A stretch of DNA of 64,000 nt from Planctomycetia bacterium (GTDB taxonomy: Bacteria; Planctomycetota; Planctomycetia; Pirellulales; UBA1268). Shown here piece by piece: positions 17,742 through 28,976 of the stretch. How positions within the stretch are numbered: the first letter of the stretch is position 1; the number at the start of each line of letters is the position of its first letter. A program made the translations under genes and the position numbers. The notes beneath the pieces were generated by a model. The model was given only the letters and a program-made list of their open reading frames with translations, was not told the origin of the DNA and did not search any database. Where the stretch lies: positions 15,114-79,113 of the forward strand of contig JAPLNR010000051.1 in assembly GCA_026401035.1 (NCBI GenBank), read 5' to 3'.

Positions 17742-18389
17742 TCACGCCACCGGCGGGAGCAGTTGCAGGAGCGAGGCGGTTGAGCCTTCGCCTCCAGTGT
17801 TGCCAATTTTGGCGAACGGGAGTGATTCGTGAGCCTCAACAAGCCGTACCTCGGCATAGCCGCTGGTTTGCGATTCGCCGACCAGCAGTTTGCGAAAAAC
17901 GTGCGTTCTACGTGTTGCGGCCTCGATGACCCAGATCTCGGGAATACCGTGCCGGGCGTAGAGCGGCACCTTGACCTCGAGATCGTAGGCCAGGCTCGTA
18001 TCGGCGACTTCGATCACCAAAAGCGTGTCGGCCGGTCCGGGGTGCGCCGTAGCATAGGAGTCGGATCGGGGCCGCAGGATCAAGAGGTCCGGCTCCGGCT
18101 CGTTCTCATCATCGAGTCGGAGAGGGTTTTGGCTGCTCACGAATGTCGAATTGCCGAGGCGTTGGCTGAAGTGCCTGACCAGCACGTTGACCACGGCGGC
18201 ATGCAACACTCCGATCGGCGACATGTCGATGATCTCCCCGTCGATAAGTTCCACCCGCTGGCCGGGACCGAGAATGCCTGCTTCTGCCATGCGGTAGTAA
18301 TCATCGACCGTGAGCCGGTGGCGGACAGGGCCAACCTGAGGCTCGTGTTTGGCCCGAGGGTCCAGCTCGACTTGCGATACCGTGGCCAT
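17742..18389 (-). CDS. Uma2-family (DUF820) putative restriction-endonuclease-like protein
   Basis: Trimmed to the ATG at 18389. LTVDDYYRMAEAGILGPGQRVELIDGEIIDMSPIG..H...PDLLIL...LLVIEVADTSLAYDLEVKVPLYARHGIPEIWVIE. Confidence 0.8.
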   Translation of the reverse strand: MATVSQVELDPRAKHEPQVGPVRHRLTVDDYYRMAEAGILGPGQRVELIDGEIIDMSPIGVLHAAVVNVLVRHFSQRLGNSTFVSSQNPLRLDDENEPEPDLLILRPRSDSYATAHPGPADTLLVIEVADTSLAYDLEVKVPLYARHGIPEIWVIEAATRRTHVFRKLLVGESQTSGYAEVRLVEAHESLPFAKIGNTGGEGSTASLLQLLPPVA

Positions 18390-18481
18390 CGTGTTGACTC
18401 CATCGTGCTCACTTCCGCGGAGAGGCGCGACACTCCCAGCGTACGGAACTGTCCAAAAGTATATCTTTTGCCGCCGACCCG

Positions 18482-18775
18482 TCAAACGAGATTCGCCTCG
18501 TGCGCGGAGGTCAAGGACTTCGCGCTCCCGTGGCGAGTGTAGAGCCCCGTGGCATCCACCTTGACCCGCTGGTCGCTCGTCAGCACGGTGCACCCCCGAC
18601 TGGCGAGCCGGTTGCCCAGGCCACGGGCGAGGTTGTCCTTCACGAGATTGTGCCAATATGAGCCGCCGCCCATGGCAAATATCTCGCCATCATAAAACTC
18701 ATGTCGCCCCTCGCTCGCCACCTCAATGGCAAGATATTCGGCCGGCGTCAGGCGTCGCTTCTCGGCGGTGGACAT
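18482..18775 (-). pseudogene. Truncated Uma2-family gene (N-terminal ~75 aa only)
   Basis: LTPAEYLAIEVASEGRHEFYDGEIFAMGGGSYWHNLVKDNLARGL...DQRVKVDATGLYT matches the Uma2 N-terminal half, then diverges and stops. No catalytic PD-(D/E)xK half could be found in any frame before the next gene. Confidence 0.55.
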
Positions 18776-19293
18776 AGCAAAGAGTAGATACGGGAGTATA
18801 GGTAGTGATCAATCGCCGCGTTGGGCAGCTACTCATAGACGATGAATCTAAGAGGCGATCATGCTGATCGAAGGCGGACTCGCTGCGCGGGAGACGGCGG
18901 AGGGGCGAGCGCAGCGGCGTTGAGCGCCCAGGCGGCTCCCAAGGGTGCCACGCCGCTCCCGTCCATCCGGGCGGCGAGCATCGCGTACCAGGTGCGATTG
19001 CGACGCTGCATCTCGGCGGCATCGGCGCCGAGTCCGGCCACCTCGGCCGCTGCGCAGGGGGGCGACCATGCGAGCAGGAATATGAGCGTCCATCCGCATG
19101 ATCTTGCATCGCGTAACTGCCGCATCGGTTCCGGAAACACGGCAATAGCGGGATCGGCATCCGCACGGTGCCAAAAGAGATCGCGACCGACCGGGTGGTT
19201 GGTCCCTTGAACGTGCTTGACGACGCCGAGGAAGCAGGCGATCGTTATACTTATGGCATGCGTGAATACTGCTCGCCGACGAGGTACGAATCC

Positions 19294-19525
19294 ATGAATA
19301 CCGTGACGATCGAGGAAGTCCAGCGAGAAACTCGCGGAACTCATCGACCACCTTGCCACCGGCGAACGGGTGATCATCACTCGCGATGCGCATCCGGTTG
19401 CCCGGTTGGAGCGAGAGACGTCTTGCGTTCCCGTGCGGCGACAGCCCGGGTCGGCCAAGGGCCGGCTCGTTGTGCTCGCCGAAGATGACGAGCACATGCG
19501 GGACTTTGAAGGGTATACGGGATGA
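19294..19525 (+). pseudogene. Frameshifted antitoxin (partner of a PIN toxin)
   Basis: MNTVTIEEVQ in frame 1 continues as EKLAELIDHLATGERVIITRDAHPVARLE...GSAKGRLVVLAEDDEHMRDFEGYTG in frame 2. The shift is near 19322-19326, and frame 2 has a TGA at 19304-19306 with no start after it. Confidence 0.6.
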
Positions 19526-19763
19526 GGGTGTTGCTCGACTCCCACCCGAGGCCTACCAGCCGTTCATCGAGTCGCAACTGGCCATCAATGACTTTGCGCT
19601 GCTGCCAATCTTGCCCCGACACACGGCGCTGCTGACGCAACTCCCGCTCCACCATCGCGATCCGTTCGACCGCCTGATTGTGTCGCAATCTTTGGCACAG
19701 GCGATTCCCCTGGTGAGCACGGATCAGGGGCTCGACGCATACGGCGTCGAAAGAATCTGGTAG
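19522..19763 (+). pseudogene. PIN-domain (VapC-like) toxin remnant with an internal deletion and frameshift
   Basis: The ATG at 19522 forms an ATGA overlap with the antitoxin stop and gives MRVLLDSH. The C-terminal half, QPFIESQLAINDFALLPILPRHTALLTQLPLHHRDPFDRLIVSQSLAQAIPLVSTDQGLDAYGVERIW, is in another frame. About 50 residues of a normal ~130-aa PIN toxin are missing. Confidence 0.65.
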
Positions 19764-20023
19764 TGCTTCCCCAAACATTGCGGTCTGCAGCGTCAGCCGG
19801 CGAAATACCTCCGGCGAAGCGGTCATAGTGACTATCCGGATTCGCGGGCGTCACCAGCCGCGAGCATTCCCAGCGCGTGCTCCACTGCGAGACGCCGCCC
19901 GCAGATCATGGGGCTGCCGCCCGGCGGCTTTCTGGTCCAGTCCCTGCACGACGATCGTGCCCCAGCCGTCGCTCACGCGGCGATATACTTGCGGCGATCT
20001 GAAGGGCTACGGAGACACTCGTC

Positions 20024-21883
20024 ATGAGTAAAAGTTGGTACTTGATCCCCGTGCTCGCGCTGGTCGTCGGCACGGCTGCCGGCGTTGAGGTCGGTACGGT
20101 TCGTAGTGCGCTGCCGGTTCCGGTCGCCCACTGGACATTCGACGAGGCCGGGGCGGAAGGCCGCGATGCCGCGGGGAGCCATCACGGTACCGTGCATGGC
20201 GCCGTTCCGTATGCCGGGAAGCGGGGCCAAGGCCTGCTCTTTGATCGCAGCCAGCGCAACTATGTGGAAATCGCCCACGCGGCCGACCTGGAACTTTCGA
20301 CGTTTACCGTCTCGGCGTGGGTGTGGCTCACGAAGCCGCCGACCTACTCCGGCATCATGGGATCGCGGCAGGGCGGGGCGATGCTCTTCGACATGAAGGT
20401 CAACACCGACAAGGTGCATGGCGACATCGGCGACGGCACCCGCTGGATTGAGACAAAGGTCAACTTCTACAAGGACGACGTGGGCTCGAACGGACAGGGG
20501 GGCGACCTCGATCTCGAACGCTGGTATCTCGTCACATTCGTGATCGACGACGCCGCGAAGGAGTGCCGGCTCTACCTCGACGGCGACCGCAAGAAGACGA
20601 TCCCGTTCAAGGGACAGCCGAGGCTCATGCAGCCGGGCCGCACGCTCCGCATCGGCGACACCGGGGCGGGGGAATTCATGGACGGCGTCCTCGACGACGT
20701 TCGGATCTTCGCGGCCGCCCTCACCGATGGGCAGGTGGCCGACCTCGCCGGGCAGGCGGAGCTGGCGGATGATCTCAAGGCTCGCTGGCAGCGGGAAGCG
20801 TTGTTCCCGGTGATCGATCTGTCGAGCAACACGGCGCGGCAGGTGGTCATCGCGGAGGGCACTCCAAAACGCTACCAAGGCCACCCGACCACTGTGCTGA
20901 TGCCCGATGGCCAGACCATCCTTGCCACCTGGTGCATCAACCATGGCGGGAAGTGCGGACCGCTGGCACGGAGTTCCGACGGCGGCCGAACCTGGACACG
21001 GCTGGACGACCGCTTGCCGCCTGGATTCCAGAAACATGAGAACTGTCCCAGCATCTACCGCCTGACCGATCCGCAGGGGCAGGAGCGGCTGTGGATATTT
21101 TCGGCGTGGATCGGCCGCTTCGGTCCGCCCATGCCGAGCATCATGAGTGCGGACGGCGGAGAGACCTGGCAGGAGATGCCGCCCCTGGGCAAGGCCTTCC
21201 GCTGCGTGATGACGTTCAGTAGCGTGGCCCGGCTGAAAGACGGCTCGTACGTGGCGATGTTTCATCGCGGACCGGAGGGCGCGGACAAAGCTCCGCTGGA
21301 GGTCCTGCAGACGGCCACGCGGGATGGCGGCCTCACTTGGTCTGAGCCGCGGGTGGTCGCCAAGGTCGAAGGCCGTAATCCGTGCGAGCCGTTCGTGTTT
21401 CGCTCGCCGGACGGCGGCGAATTGTGCTGCCTGATGCGGGAGAACACGCACAAAGGGTACAGCCTGATGATGTTCAGTCGCGATGAAGGGGCGACCTGGA
21501 GCATCCCGGTGGATATGCCCTGGGGCCTGACGGGCGATCGACACATGGGCGGGTACGCCAAGGATGGACGGCTCGTGATCGCGTTTCGCGACCAGGCTCC
21601 GCAATCGCCGACCCGCGGTCACTTTGTGGCGTGGGTCGGCACGTATGACGACATCAAGCAGGGGCGGCCGGGACAGTATCGGATCAAGCTCCTGCACAGC
21701 TTCGCGGGAGGCGACTGCGGCTACCCCGGGGTGGAACTGTTGCCCGACGGCACGATCGTCGCCACGACCTACATCAAACTCTGGGACGATGCCCGCCAGC
21801 ACTCCATTGTCTGCACGCGTTTCCGCCTGGAGGAAACCGATGTGCGGTTGGAGGCGATGACTCGGGACCGTGTGGATCGCTAG
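20024..21883 (+). CDS. Secreted LamG/concanavalin-like domain + BNR/Asp-box sialidase-superfamily beta-propeller protein
   Basis: 619 aa with a signal peptide. The LamG-like region ends in [12 protein letters not shown]. Four Asp-boxes: [33 protein letters not shown] did not see the canonical RIP motif. Confidence 0.8.
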   Translation: MSKSWYLIPVLALVVGTAAGVEVGTVRSALPVPVAHWTFDEAGAEGRDAAGSHHGTVHGAVPYAGKRGQGLLFDRSQRNYVEIAHAADLELSTFTVSAWVWLTKPPTYSGIMGSRQGGAMLFDMKVNTDKVHGDIGDGTRWIETKVNFYKDDVGSNGQGGDLDLERWYLVTFVIDDAAKECRLYLDGDRKKTIPFKGQPRLMQPGRTLRIGDTGAGEFMDGVLDDVRIFAAALTDGQVADLAGQAELADDLKARWQREALFPVIDLSSNTARQVVIAEGTPKRYQGHPTTVLMPDGQTILATWCINHGGKCGPLARSSDGGRTWTRLDDRLPPGFQKHENCPSIYRLTDPQGQERLWIFSAWIGRFGPPMPSIMSADGGETWQEMPPLGKAFRCVMTFSSVARLKDGSYVAMFHRGPEGADKAPLEVLQTATRDGGLTWSEPRVVAKVEGRNPCEPFVFRSPDGGELCCLMRENTHKGYSLMMFSRDEGATWSIPVDMPWGLTGDRHMGGYAKDGRLVIAFRDQAPQSPTRGHFVAWVGTYDDIKQGRPGQYRIKLLHSFAGGDCGYPGVELLPDGTIVATTYIKLWDDARQHSIVCTRFRLEETDVRLEAMTRDRVDR

Positions 21884-22232
21884 CGGAAATGTTCTGCGGC
21901 GTGGCCGCGGCCAGCCCCAGCAAAAACGACAGAACGTCGAGCAGTGCGAGCGTGAAGCTCAGGGGCCACTCTCGCAAGGGCGGATCCTCAAGTTGGGGGT
22001 GGCGTCAAGTCCACGGCCTGCTGACATCCCGGATGGATCAAGAAATGGTGAGGACGTCACCTGCTAGCGGCCCAGTTGAGCAAGCCGGCGCGGCCGAGCT
22101 CCATCTGTCGGCAGTTCTGTGGACGCTTCGCTTCATTTTCTCGGGAGACCGTGCGGCCTTCGATATCATGGTGGGTGTTCGGAGGTTCGGTCGGTCGCGC
22201 GAGCCGCAAGCATACCGCAGAGTTCCCCCCTC

Positions 22233-22907
22233 ATGAGCGTTCGTCAGTGGCCGACAGGAGCCTCGTTCCGCGTTGCTGCAGTTCTGGTCGTGCTGGCAGC
22301 GAGCCTTGCGGCGATCGCGAACGCGGCCGACCTGCTCGAGCGGGGACTGGATGAATGGGTCGTCGAGGGCGCCAGCGACTTCGAGGATCGCGGCCAGAAG
22401 GTGCCGGTCTGGACGATTGCCGACGGCGTCGTGCGGTGCAGTGGGCGTGGCTTCGGCTACCTGCGACATGACGACACCGTGTCCGACTTCCGGCTGGAAC
22501 TCGAGTATCGGTTCCCGAAGCATGGCAACAGCGGCATCGGCATTCGCACGGTGCCGTTCACCGGCCCGCTCGAGACGCGGCCGAGCCAGGCCGCCTACGA
22601 GATCCAGCTGCTTTCCGATGCGGGGTCGCCCCCGAACCGCGGCTCATGCTGCTCGCTCTACGGCCACGAGGCGCCCAAGGAAAACAGGTCGCGGTCCGTG
22701 GGCGAGTGGAACACGATCATCGTGGAGTGCCGGGGTCCGCGGATCCTCATCGCGCACAATGGCGCCGACGTGATCGACTTCGACCAGTCGACGCGGAAGG
22801 ACACCGCGACGAAGCCGCTCTCGGGCAGCATCTGCCTGCAAAACCACGGCAGCGTCGTCGAGTTTCGCAATCTCCGCCTCACGGGCCTTTCGCTACCCGG
22901 CAGGTAG
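22233..22907 (+). CDS. DUF1080 (3-keto-disaccharide hydrolase family) protein
   Basis: Trimmed to the ATG at 22233, with a signal-like segment AAVLVVLAASLAAIANA. Motifs GYLRHDDTVSDFRLELEYRF..GNSGIGIR and LQNHGSVVEFRNLRL. Confidence 0.8.
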   Translation: MSVRQWPTGASFRVAAVLVVLAASLAAIANAADLLERGLDEWVVEGASDFEDRGQKVPVWTIADGVVRCSGRGFGYLRHDDTVSDFRLELEYRFPKHGNSGIGIRTVPFTGPLETRPSQAAYEIQLLSDAGSPPNRGSCCSLYGHEAPKENRSRSVGEWNTIIVECRGPRILIAHNGADVIDFDQSTRKDTATKPLSGSICLQNHGSVVEFRNLRLTGLSLPGR

Positions 22908-23181
22908 AAGATGCGTGTAAGGAATCGGGCCGGGCGATCGGCCACATCGACTACGACTACTGGCAGCTCGTGATCGGCACGCAGATGGCCGACGCCTTTC
23001 CCAAGCGGCGAGAGTTTCAGGACGCCCTCGTACAGCAGGCCGTGACGGGATCGGTCGTCGTTACGCCGCCTCGTCAGTTTTGCCGACATGACGTGGTGGG
23101 CCTAAGGAAATGATGCTTCAGTCTTCTGAACCGTTGGTCGAACGACTGGGACGGGCTGCGCCCGATCCGCACAGGTGACAC

Positions 23182-24732
23182 TTGAAGACTCATACCCCTT
23201 CGTTTTTCGCACTCGCGCTCTGGCTGGCCTGCTTCACGAGCACGGGATACGCGCAGGCGGGCAAGGGCAAGGCGGACGATTGGCTCGTAAGCAAGACACC
23301 TCCCGAGAAGCAGGCCCCCCCGCGGATGATCTCGGCAGCCGAATCCGACACGCCCGCGCCGGGGCCCCCGGCCCTGCCCGAGACCCGCAACGAGCGAAAA
23401 AAACCGCCGGCACCGGAATACCTCGTCGGCAAGGTCGTCTGGGGACAGGCCGCCACGATCGCCGACGAATCAGTACAGGACTGGAATCTCGCGGCCCGTG
23501 ACTGCGAACAACTGCTGGCCGGTGGAAAGCTGCTCGGCCTGCCCTTTCACTGGGGGCCGGTGAAGCTCGCCGAGTTCGACTTCGATCCCGCCCGGCTTCC
23601 AGCGCTCCTTGTCAGCGGCGTGCGGCCGCTGCGGTTCAGCCCGCAGCAGATCGAGCGGCTGCGGGAATACGTGCTCGCCGGGGGCATGATCTTGATCGAC
23701 AGCGTCTATGGCTCGCCCTACTTCGAGGAGTCGGCCGTCGCGCTTTGCAACGAGCTCCTCCCCGAGAGCCGCCTGCGGCCGCTCCCGGCAGACCATCCCC
23801 TCTATCACATGGAGGTCGACGTCGAGAAGGTGCAGTACGCCTTCGGGCCCAACGACAGTCGGCCGCGTCTCGAAGGGGTGTATGTGGGTAGCCGCGTGGG
23901 CGTGCTGCTCTCCAGGCAGGGGCTCGGTTGCGGGTGGCACGGCGACCTGGCCGTGTTTCCTGAACTGAAAAAACGTGGGCTCGTCCCGCAGGCCTACGCG
24001 GTGCAGTCGGCCAAAGACATCGGCGTCAATCTAGCTGCCTACATCGTCGGCTACGGGCCGGTGGGTCAGATCGAGGGAGAGCCGGAACTTTTCGGTCTGA
24101 TCGACCAGAAAGATCCGACGGCCGAGTTCGTCTTCACGCAGCTCGTGCATGACGGTGCCTGGAACGTCCACCCCAACGCCTCGCGGAACCTGCTCCTGCG
24201 GCTCAAGGCGAAGTCGGCGATCCCGGTGAACATCAAACGCGTCCCCATCGATCTGGAGAAGGACGATCCGCCGGATGCTCCGTTCCTCTTTCTCTCCGGC
24301 CTCGACGACTTTTCCCTGTCGCCCGAGGCCCGCGCAAAACTCCGCGGCTTTCTCGACGCCGGCGGGCTGCTCGTGGTGAACAACGGCCTCGGGCTGGCGA
24401 CCTTTCAGCAGGCCTTCGAACGCGAACTCGCCGAACTTTTGCCGGGTGCCAAGCTCGTGCCTCTGCCGGCTGAGCACCCCATTTTCTCGGCGCTCGCGCC
24501 GGTCGGCAGCGTGGAATACACGCCCGCGCTGGCTGCCACCGCCGGCGGTGAACTCGGCGGCAGACCGCTGCTTCTGGGCGTGGAGAGAGATGGCGAACTC
24601 AAGGTCGTCTTCAGCCCTTTCGACATGGAAGCGGGCTGGAACGACTGCGACTACCCGCTCTCCCGGGGCTACGAGCCGGCCAGTGCATTCGCGCTCGGCA
24701 TGAACATCATCGCCCATGCAATGACACGCTGA
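23182..24732 (+). CDS. Secreted protein with two DUF4159-like domains (first gene of the MoxR operon)
   Basis: 516 aa. TTG start immediately after an in-frame TGA, followed by a good signal peptide (KTHTPSFFALALWLACFTSTGYAQA). Two copies of the pattern P.l..sG...f.ls..e...Lr.yl..GG.l..d...HPi. Confidence 0.7.
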   Translation: MKTHTPSFFALALWLACFTSTGYAQAGKGKADDWLVSKTPPEKQAPPRMISAAESDTPAPGPPALPETRNERKKPPAPEYLVGKVVWGQAATIADESVQDWNLAARDCEQLLAGGKLLGLPFHWGPVKLAEFDFDPARLPALLVSGVRPLRFSPQQIERLREYVLAGGMILIDSVYGSPYFEESAVALCNELLPESRLRPLPADHPLYHMEVDVEKVQYAFGPNDSRPRLEGVYVGSRVGVLLSRQGLGCGWHGDLAVFPELKKRGLVPQAYAVQSAKDIGVNLAAYIVGYGPVGQIEGEPELFGLIDQKDPTAEFVFTQLVHDGAWNVHPNASRNLLLRLKAKSAIPVNIKRVPIDLEKDDPPDAPFLFLSGLDDFSLSPEARAKLRGFLDAGGLLVVNNGLGLATFQQAFERELAELLPGAKLVPLPAEHPIFSALAPVGSVEYTPALAATAGGELGGRPLLLGVERDGELKVVFSPFDMEAGWNDCDYPLSRGYEPASAFALGMNIIAHAMTR

Positions 24733-24794
24733 CGAATTGACTCGTTGCCCCCGCCGTGCTGGCTCATCACACCCCGTCCATCACCGAGAGCACC

Positions 24795-25877
<1,083 letters not shown>

Positions 25878-25914
25878 CCCGCTTCGCGCTGGCCGATGGA
25901 TCGCCGCCCGCATC

Positions 25915-26808
25915 ATGCCCGACACCTCGCCTTTCACGTTTCTCCCGAGCCAGTTCGCAGACCGGCTGCGCGGCCTGGGCCTCTCGGTCCGGCGGCCCAT
26001 GGACGGTGGCCGCCAGGGCCTGCATCGCTCGAACACGTTCGGCGCGAGTGTCGAGTTTGCCGAATACCGGATGTATTCGCCCGGCGATCCGATCCGTCGC
26101 ATCGACTGGCCGGTCTACGCGCGAACCGATCGCTACATGATCCGGCAGTTTCACGAGGAGGTGAGCGTCCGCTGCCACGTGCTCCTCGACCAATCGGCGA
26201 GCATGGCCTATGCGAATCCGGCCGGCGGGCCGGCAAAGATCGACTTCGCCCGCTACCTGGCTGCCGGCACGATGTTCGTCATGGCGGGGCAAGGCGACGC
26301 AGCGGCGCTCCTGACCTTCGACGATGAACTCCGTGACGTCTTCCCGCCGGCCTCGTCGCTGGCCACGCTCAAGCCGCAGCTCGAGCGACTCGATGCCATC
26401 GCGGCGACGCGGCCGGGGCGGATCGAGGCCTGCCTGCACGCGGCCGCGGAACGGATCGCCGGCCGCTGCATGGTGGTCGTCATCTCGGACTTGCTCGAGG
26501 AGCCGCAGAGTGCGCTGGCCGGGCTCGGCCACCTCGTCCACGATGGCAAGGAGGTGACCATCTTTCACGTCCTCGATCCCGCCGAGCTCACGCTGCCGAT
26601 GTCGGGCCTGTGGGAGATCGACTCGCTCGAGGCCGAGGGCCGCATGACAGTCGATATCGGCCAGATTCGATCGTCGTATCTGGATGCCGTTCGTGACTGG
26701 CTGGACGAGCTGCGGACCGGCTGCGCGGCCCGAGGCATCGACTACCAGCTTGCCGACACGCATGGCGATCCGTTCGAGGTGCTCCGCGCGAGGTGCAGCC
26801 GGAGATGA
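25915..26808 (+). CDS. DUF58 family protein (vWA-like, MoxR partner)
   Basis: HRSNTFGASVEFAEYRMYSPGDPIRRIDWPVYARTDRYMIRQFHEE is the DUF58 signature. VLLDQSASM is a DxSxS MIDAS-like motif. Confidence 0.85.
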   Translation: MPDTSPFTFLPSQFADRLRGLGLSVRRPMDGGRQGLHRSNTFGASVEFAEYRMYSPGDPIRRIDWPVYARTDRYMIRQFHEEVSVRCHVLLDQSASMAYANPAGGPAKIDFARYLAAGTMFVMAGQGDAAALLTFDDELRDVFPPASSLATLKPQLERLDAIAATRPGRIEACLHAAAERIAGRCMVVVISDLLEEPQSALAGLGHLVHDGKEVTIFHVLDPAELTLPMSGLWEIDSLEAEGRMTVDIGQIRSSYLDAVRDWLDELRTGCAARGIDYQLADTHGDPFEVLRARCSRR

Positions 26809-28976
26809 CGCATTCCCTAACCGCCCTCACGCCATCGATGCTGTGGCTCGTGCCACTGGCCGCGCTGCCGATTGTGTTTCACCTGCTGCTCAAGCGGAAG
26901 CAGCAGCGCACCGTGTTTTCGACGCTGATGTTCTTTCAGCGGGTCGATCCGCGGCTGTCGTCGCGGCGACGGCTGCGAGAATGGCTCTTGTTGGCGGCCC
27001 GTGCGGCGCTGATCGCGCTACTGATGCTCGCCCTCGCGCGGCCGCTCATCGGCCTCCCTGGCCGGATTCCTGGGCTCATGGACAACGCCGCCGTCGTGCT
27101 CCTCGTGGACAACTCGGCGTCGATGCGGGGCGGCGCGGCGGGTGTCCGGCGATCGAAGCTCGACGTGGCGCTCACGGCCGCCCGTGCCATGGCGATGTCG
27201 CTGCCCGCTCGCACTCCGACCGCCGTGGCCCTTACCGTCGCCGATGCGAAGGTGGGCATCGACGATGCGGTCACAGCCGATCGCGACCGCGTGCTCGAGC
27301 AACTCGCCGCGATCGCGCCGACCGAAGCCGCAGGCGCTGCGACGGCTGCGGTGGCGGCCGCCGCCCGGCTGGCTCTGCAGGGAGGCCGCACGGGAGGCGT
27401 CGTGCATGTCTTCACCGACCTCCAATCGGCGGAGTGGTCACAGGCTGCGACCACTGGCGAAGCGCTGCCCGCATCCATCCGGCTCGTCTTTCATCGGATC
27501 GCCAGCGAGTCCGTCGGTGCCGACGTGGCCTTCACCACGGCGGCGATTCGCACGCGGTGGCCGCTGGCCTTGCAGCCGGTGCTCTTCCGTGCCGAACTGG
27601 CCAATAGCGGGGCGGAGCGAGCGCAGGTGCATCTGCATTCCGTCGATGACGCGGGCCGCTCCACGACCCGCGCCATCGATCTTGTCGCCGGCGGCCGTGA
27701 GGTGATCGACCTCGCGCTCGAGCCGAATAGCGCCGGCACGCACTGGGTGCGGTGCTGGGTGGAGGGAGACGGGTTCGTCGGGAACAACGAGGCCGCGGCC
27801 GCCTATGTGGCGGCCGAGCGAGCCAGCGTTTTTTTTCTTGGCGAGCTGTCGCGGTATGGCGCACTGCCGCTGGCCGTCGCGCCGACGAGCGACGCGGCGG
27901 CGACCGCGCTCGTGGCCGAGGCGGTGCCGGCCGACGGTCTGGTGGAGGCGCTCGCCCGAAGGCCCGTCGCCGTCGTGGCAACATGGTCGGAGCTTGCCGG
28001 CCTGACCGATGCCGGCGCGGCGCTCGAGGTCTATGTCACCGCGGGAGGCCGGCTCGTGGTGGTGCCCGATGCCGACGCGAGCGACGGCGACGCGGTCGCG
28101 GGCCGGCTGCCGGCGTGGATCGGCGCGACGCCCGGCCCGGTGGCGAGGGCGGTGCTCGCCGACGCCGAGATCACGCTCGCCGGCCCTCGCGAGCCGGGGA
28201 TCGTACCCGCCAACACGGGCCTGCCGTTCTGGTCACGGCTGCGAAGCGGCGGCACGCTGGCATGGAGTCCTGTGCGGGTGCGTCGCGTCGCGCCGCTGGA
28301 AGCCGAGAAGCCCGGGGAAGTCGCCGCGACGCTCGATGACGGCCGGCCGGTTCTTGTTCATCGTGCGCTCGGACGCGGTGCCATCACAGCCTGCGGCATC
28401 GCGTTCGACAGCCGCTGGACAACGCTCGCATCCGCACCGCACGTCGTCGTGCTCGTCCACACGATGATCGCCGGTGGCGATGACGAGGGCCAGGATGGGA
28501 TCGAGATTGAGGCGGGGGCGGTGCCAGCCGCATCTGGTGCGGCGGCAGCTGAAACACTCGCGATTATTCCGGCGGTGGGCGACATCCCCGGCTGGTCGGG
28601 CCGCCCGGCGGATACGCCCATCATCCCTCGAGCGGCGGCTGGCCTCGTGCGGGCCGACGGCGCTACGGCCGGGCCGAACGACGACCAGAAGCTTCAGCAG
28701 TGGACGTTTGCCGTCCGCGGGAGCGCCGCAGAAGGAGTGGCGACCTATCTCGACGGCGACCGTGTGCCCGCAGCCGGCAGCCTCGAACACGTTGTGGCCC
28801 CGCTCTCCGCAGCAGATCCCACTACGAGCGGCCGCCAGCTCGCGAGCGGCACTGCCGACCTGTTCACTCCCCTTCTCTTGCTCGCCTTTCTGGCGATGGT
28901 GGCCGAAGGCCTGCTCGGCGCGGCCCGGCCGCCCAAGCCCGTGGTCCGCGGCACGGCCGCTGGAGGGCCGCGATGA
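26805..28976 (+). CDS. BatA-like membrane protein (aerotolerance-regulator N-terminal domain + vWA-like domain)
   Basis: The ATG at 26805 forms an ATGA overlap with the DUF58 stop. N-terminus WLVPLAALPIVFHLLLKRKQQRTVFSTLMFF, MIDAS-like VLLVDNSASM, C-terminal TM segment LFTPLLLLAFLAMVAEGLL. Confidence 0.8.
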   Translation: MTHSLTALTPSMLWLVPLAALPIVFHLLLKRKQQRTVFSTLMFFQRVDPRLSSRRRLREWLLLAARAALIALLMLALARPLIGLPGRIPGLMDNAAVVLLVDNSASMRGGAAGVRRSKLDVALTAARAMAMSLPARTPTAVALTVADAKVGIDDAVTADRDRVLEQLAAIAPTEAAGAATAAVAAAARLALQGGRTGGVVHVFTDLQSAEWSQAATTGEALPASIRLVFHRIASESVGADVAFTTAAIRTRWPLALQPVLFRAELANSGAERAQVHLHSVDDAGRSTTRAIDLVAGGREVIDLALEPNSAGTHWVRCWVEGDGFVGNNEAAAAYVAAERASVFFLGELSRYGALPLAVAPTSDAAATALVAEAVPADGLVEALARRPVAVVATWSELAGLTDAGAALEVYVTAGGRLVVVPDADASDGDAVAGRLPAWIGATPGPVARAVLADAEITLAGPREPGIVPANTGLPFWSRLRSGGTLAWSPVRVRRVAPLEAEKPGEVAATLDDGRPVLVHRALGRGAITACGIAFDSRWTTLASAPHVVVLVHTMIAGGDDEGQDGIEIEAGAVPAASGAAAAETLAIIPAVGDIPGWSGRPADTPIIPRAAAGLVRADGATAGPNDDQKLQQWTFAVRGSAAEGVATYLDGDRVPAAGSLEHVVAPLSAADPTTSGRQLASGTADLFTPLLLLAFLAMVAEGLLGAARPPKPVVRGTAAGGPR

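Noticed and set aside
18859-19125. Possible 88-aa minus-strand ORF (MRQLRDARSCGWTLIFLLAWSPPCAAAEV...) in the 0.5-kb gap between the Uma2 fragment and the antitoxin
   Set aside because: It has no recognisable family and no convincing RBS, and several overlapping ORFs of similar length occupy both strands. I cannot support it as a gene.
19973-21802. 609-aa ORF on the minus strand
   Set aside because: It lies exactly antisense to the LamG/Asp-box gene. Its composition is Arg/Ala/Pro/Gly-rich with no motifs, which is the typical high-GC shadow ORF.
21774-21977. 67-aa minus-strand ORF with a TM-like N-terminus (MREWPLSFTLALLDVLSFLLGLAAA)
   Set aside because: It overlaps the 3' end of the well-supported sialidase-like gene, has no homology signal and is very short.
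22908-23181. 274-nt spacer with ORF fragments on both strands (for example IGHIDYDYWQLVIGTQMADAFPKRREFQDALVQQ), considered as a mobile-element or toxin remnant
   Set aside because: I could not match the peptides to any family. There are no terminal repeats and no start codon in a sensible context.
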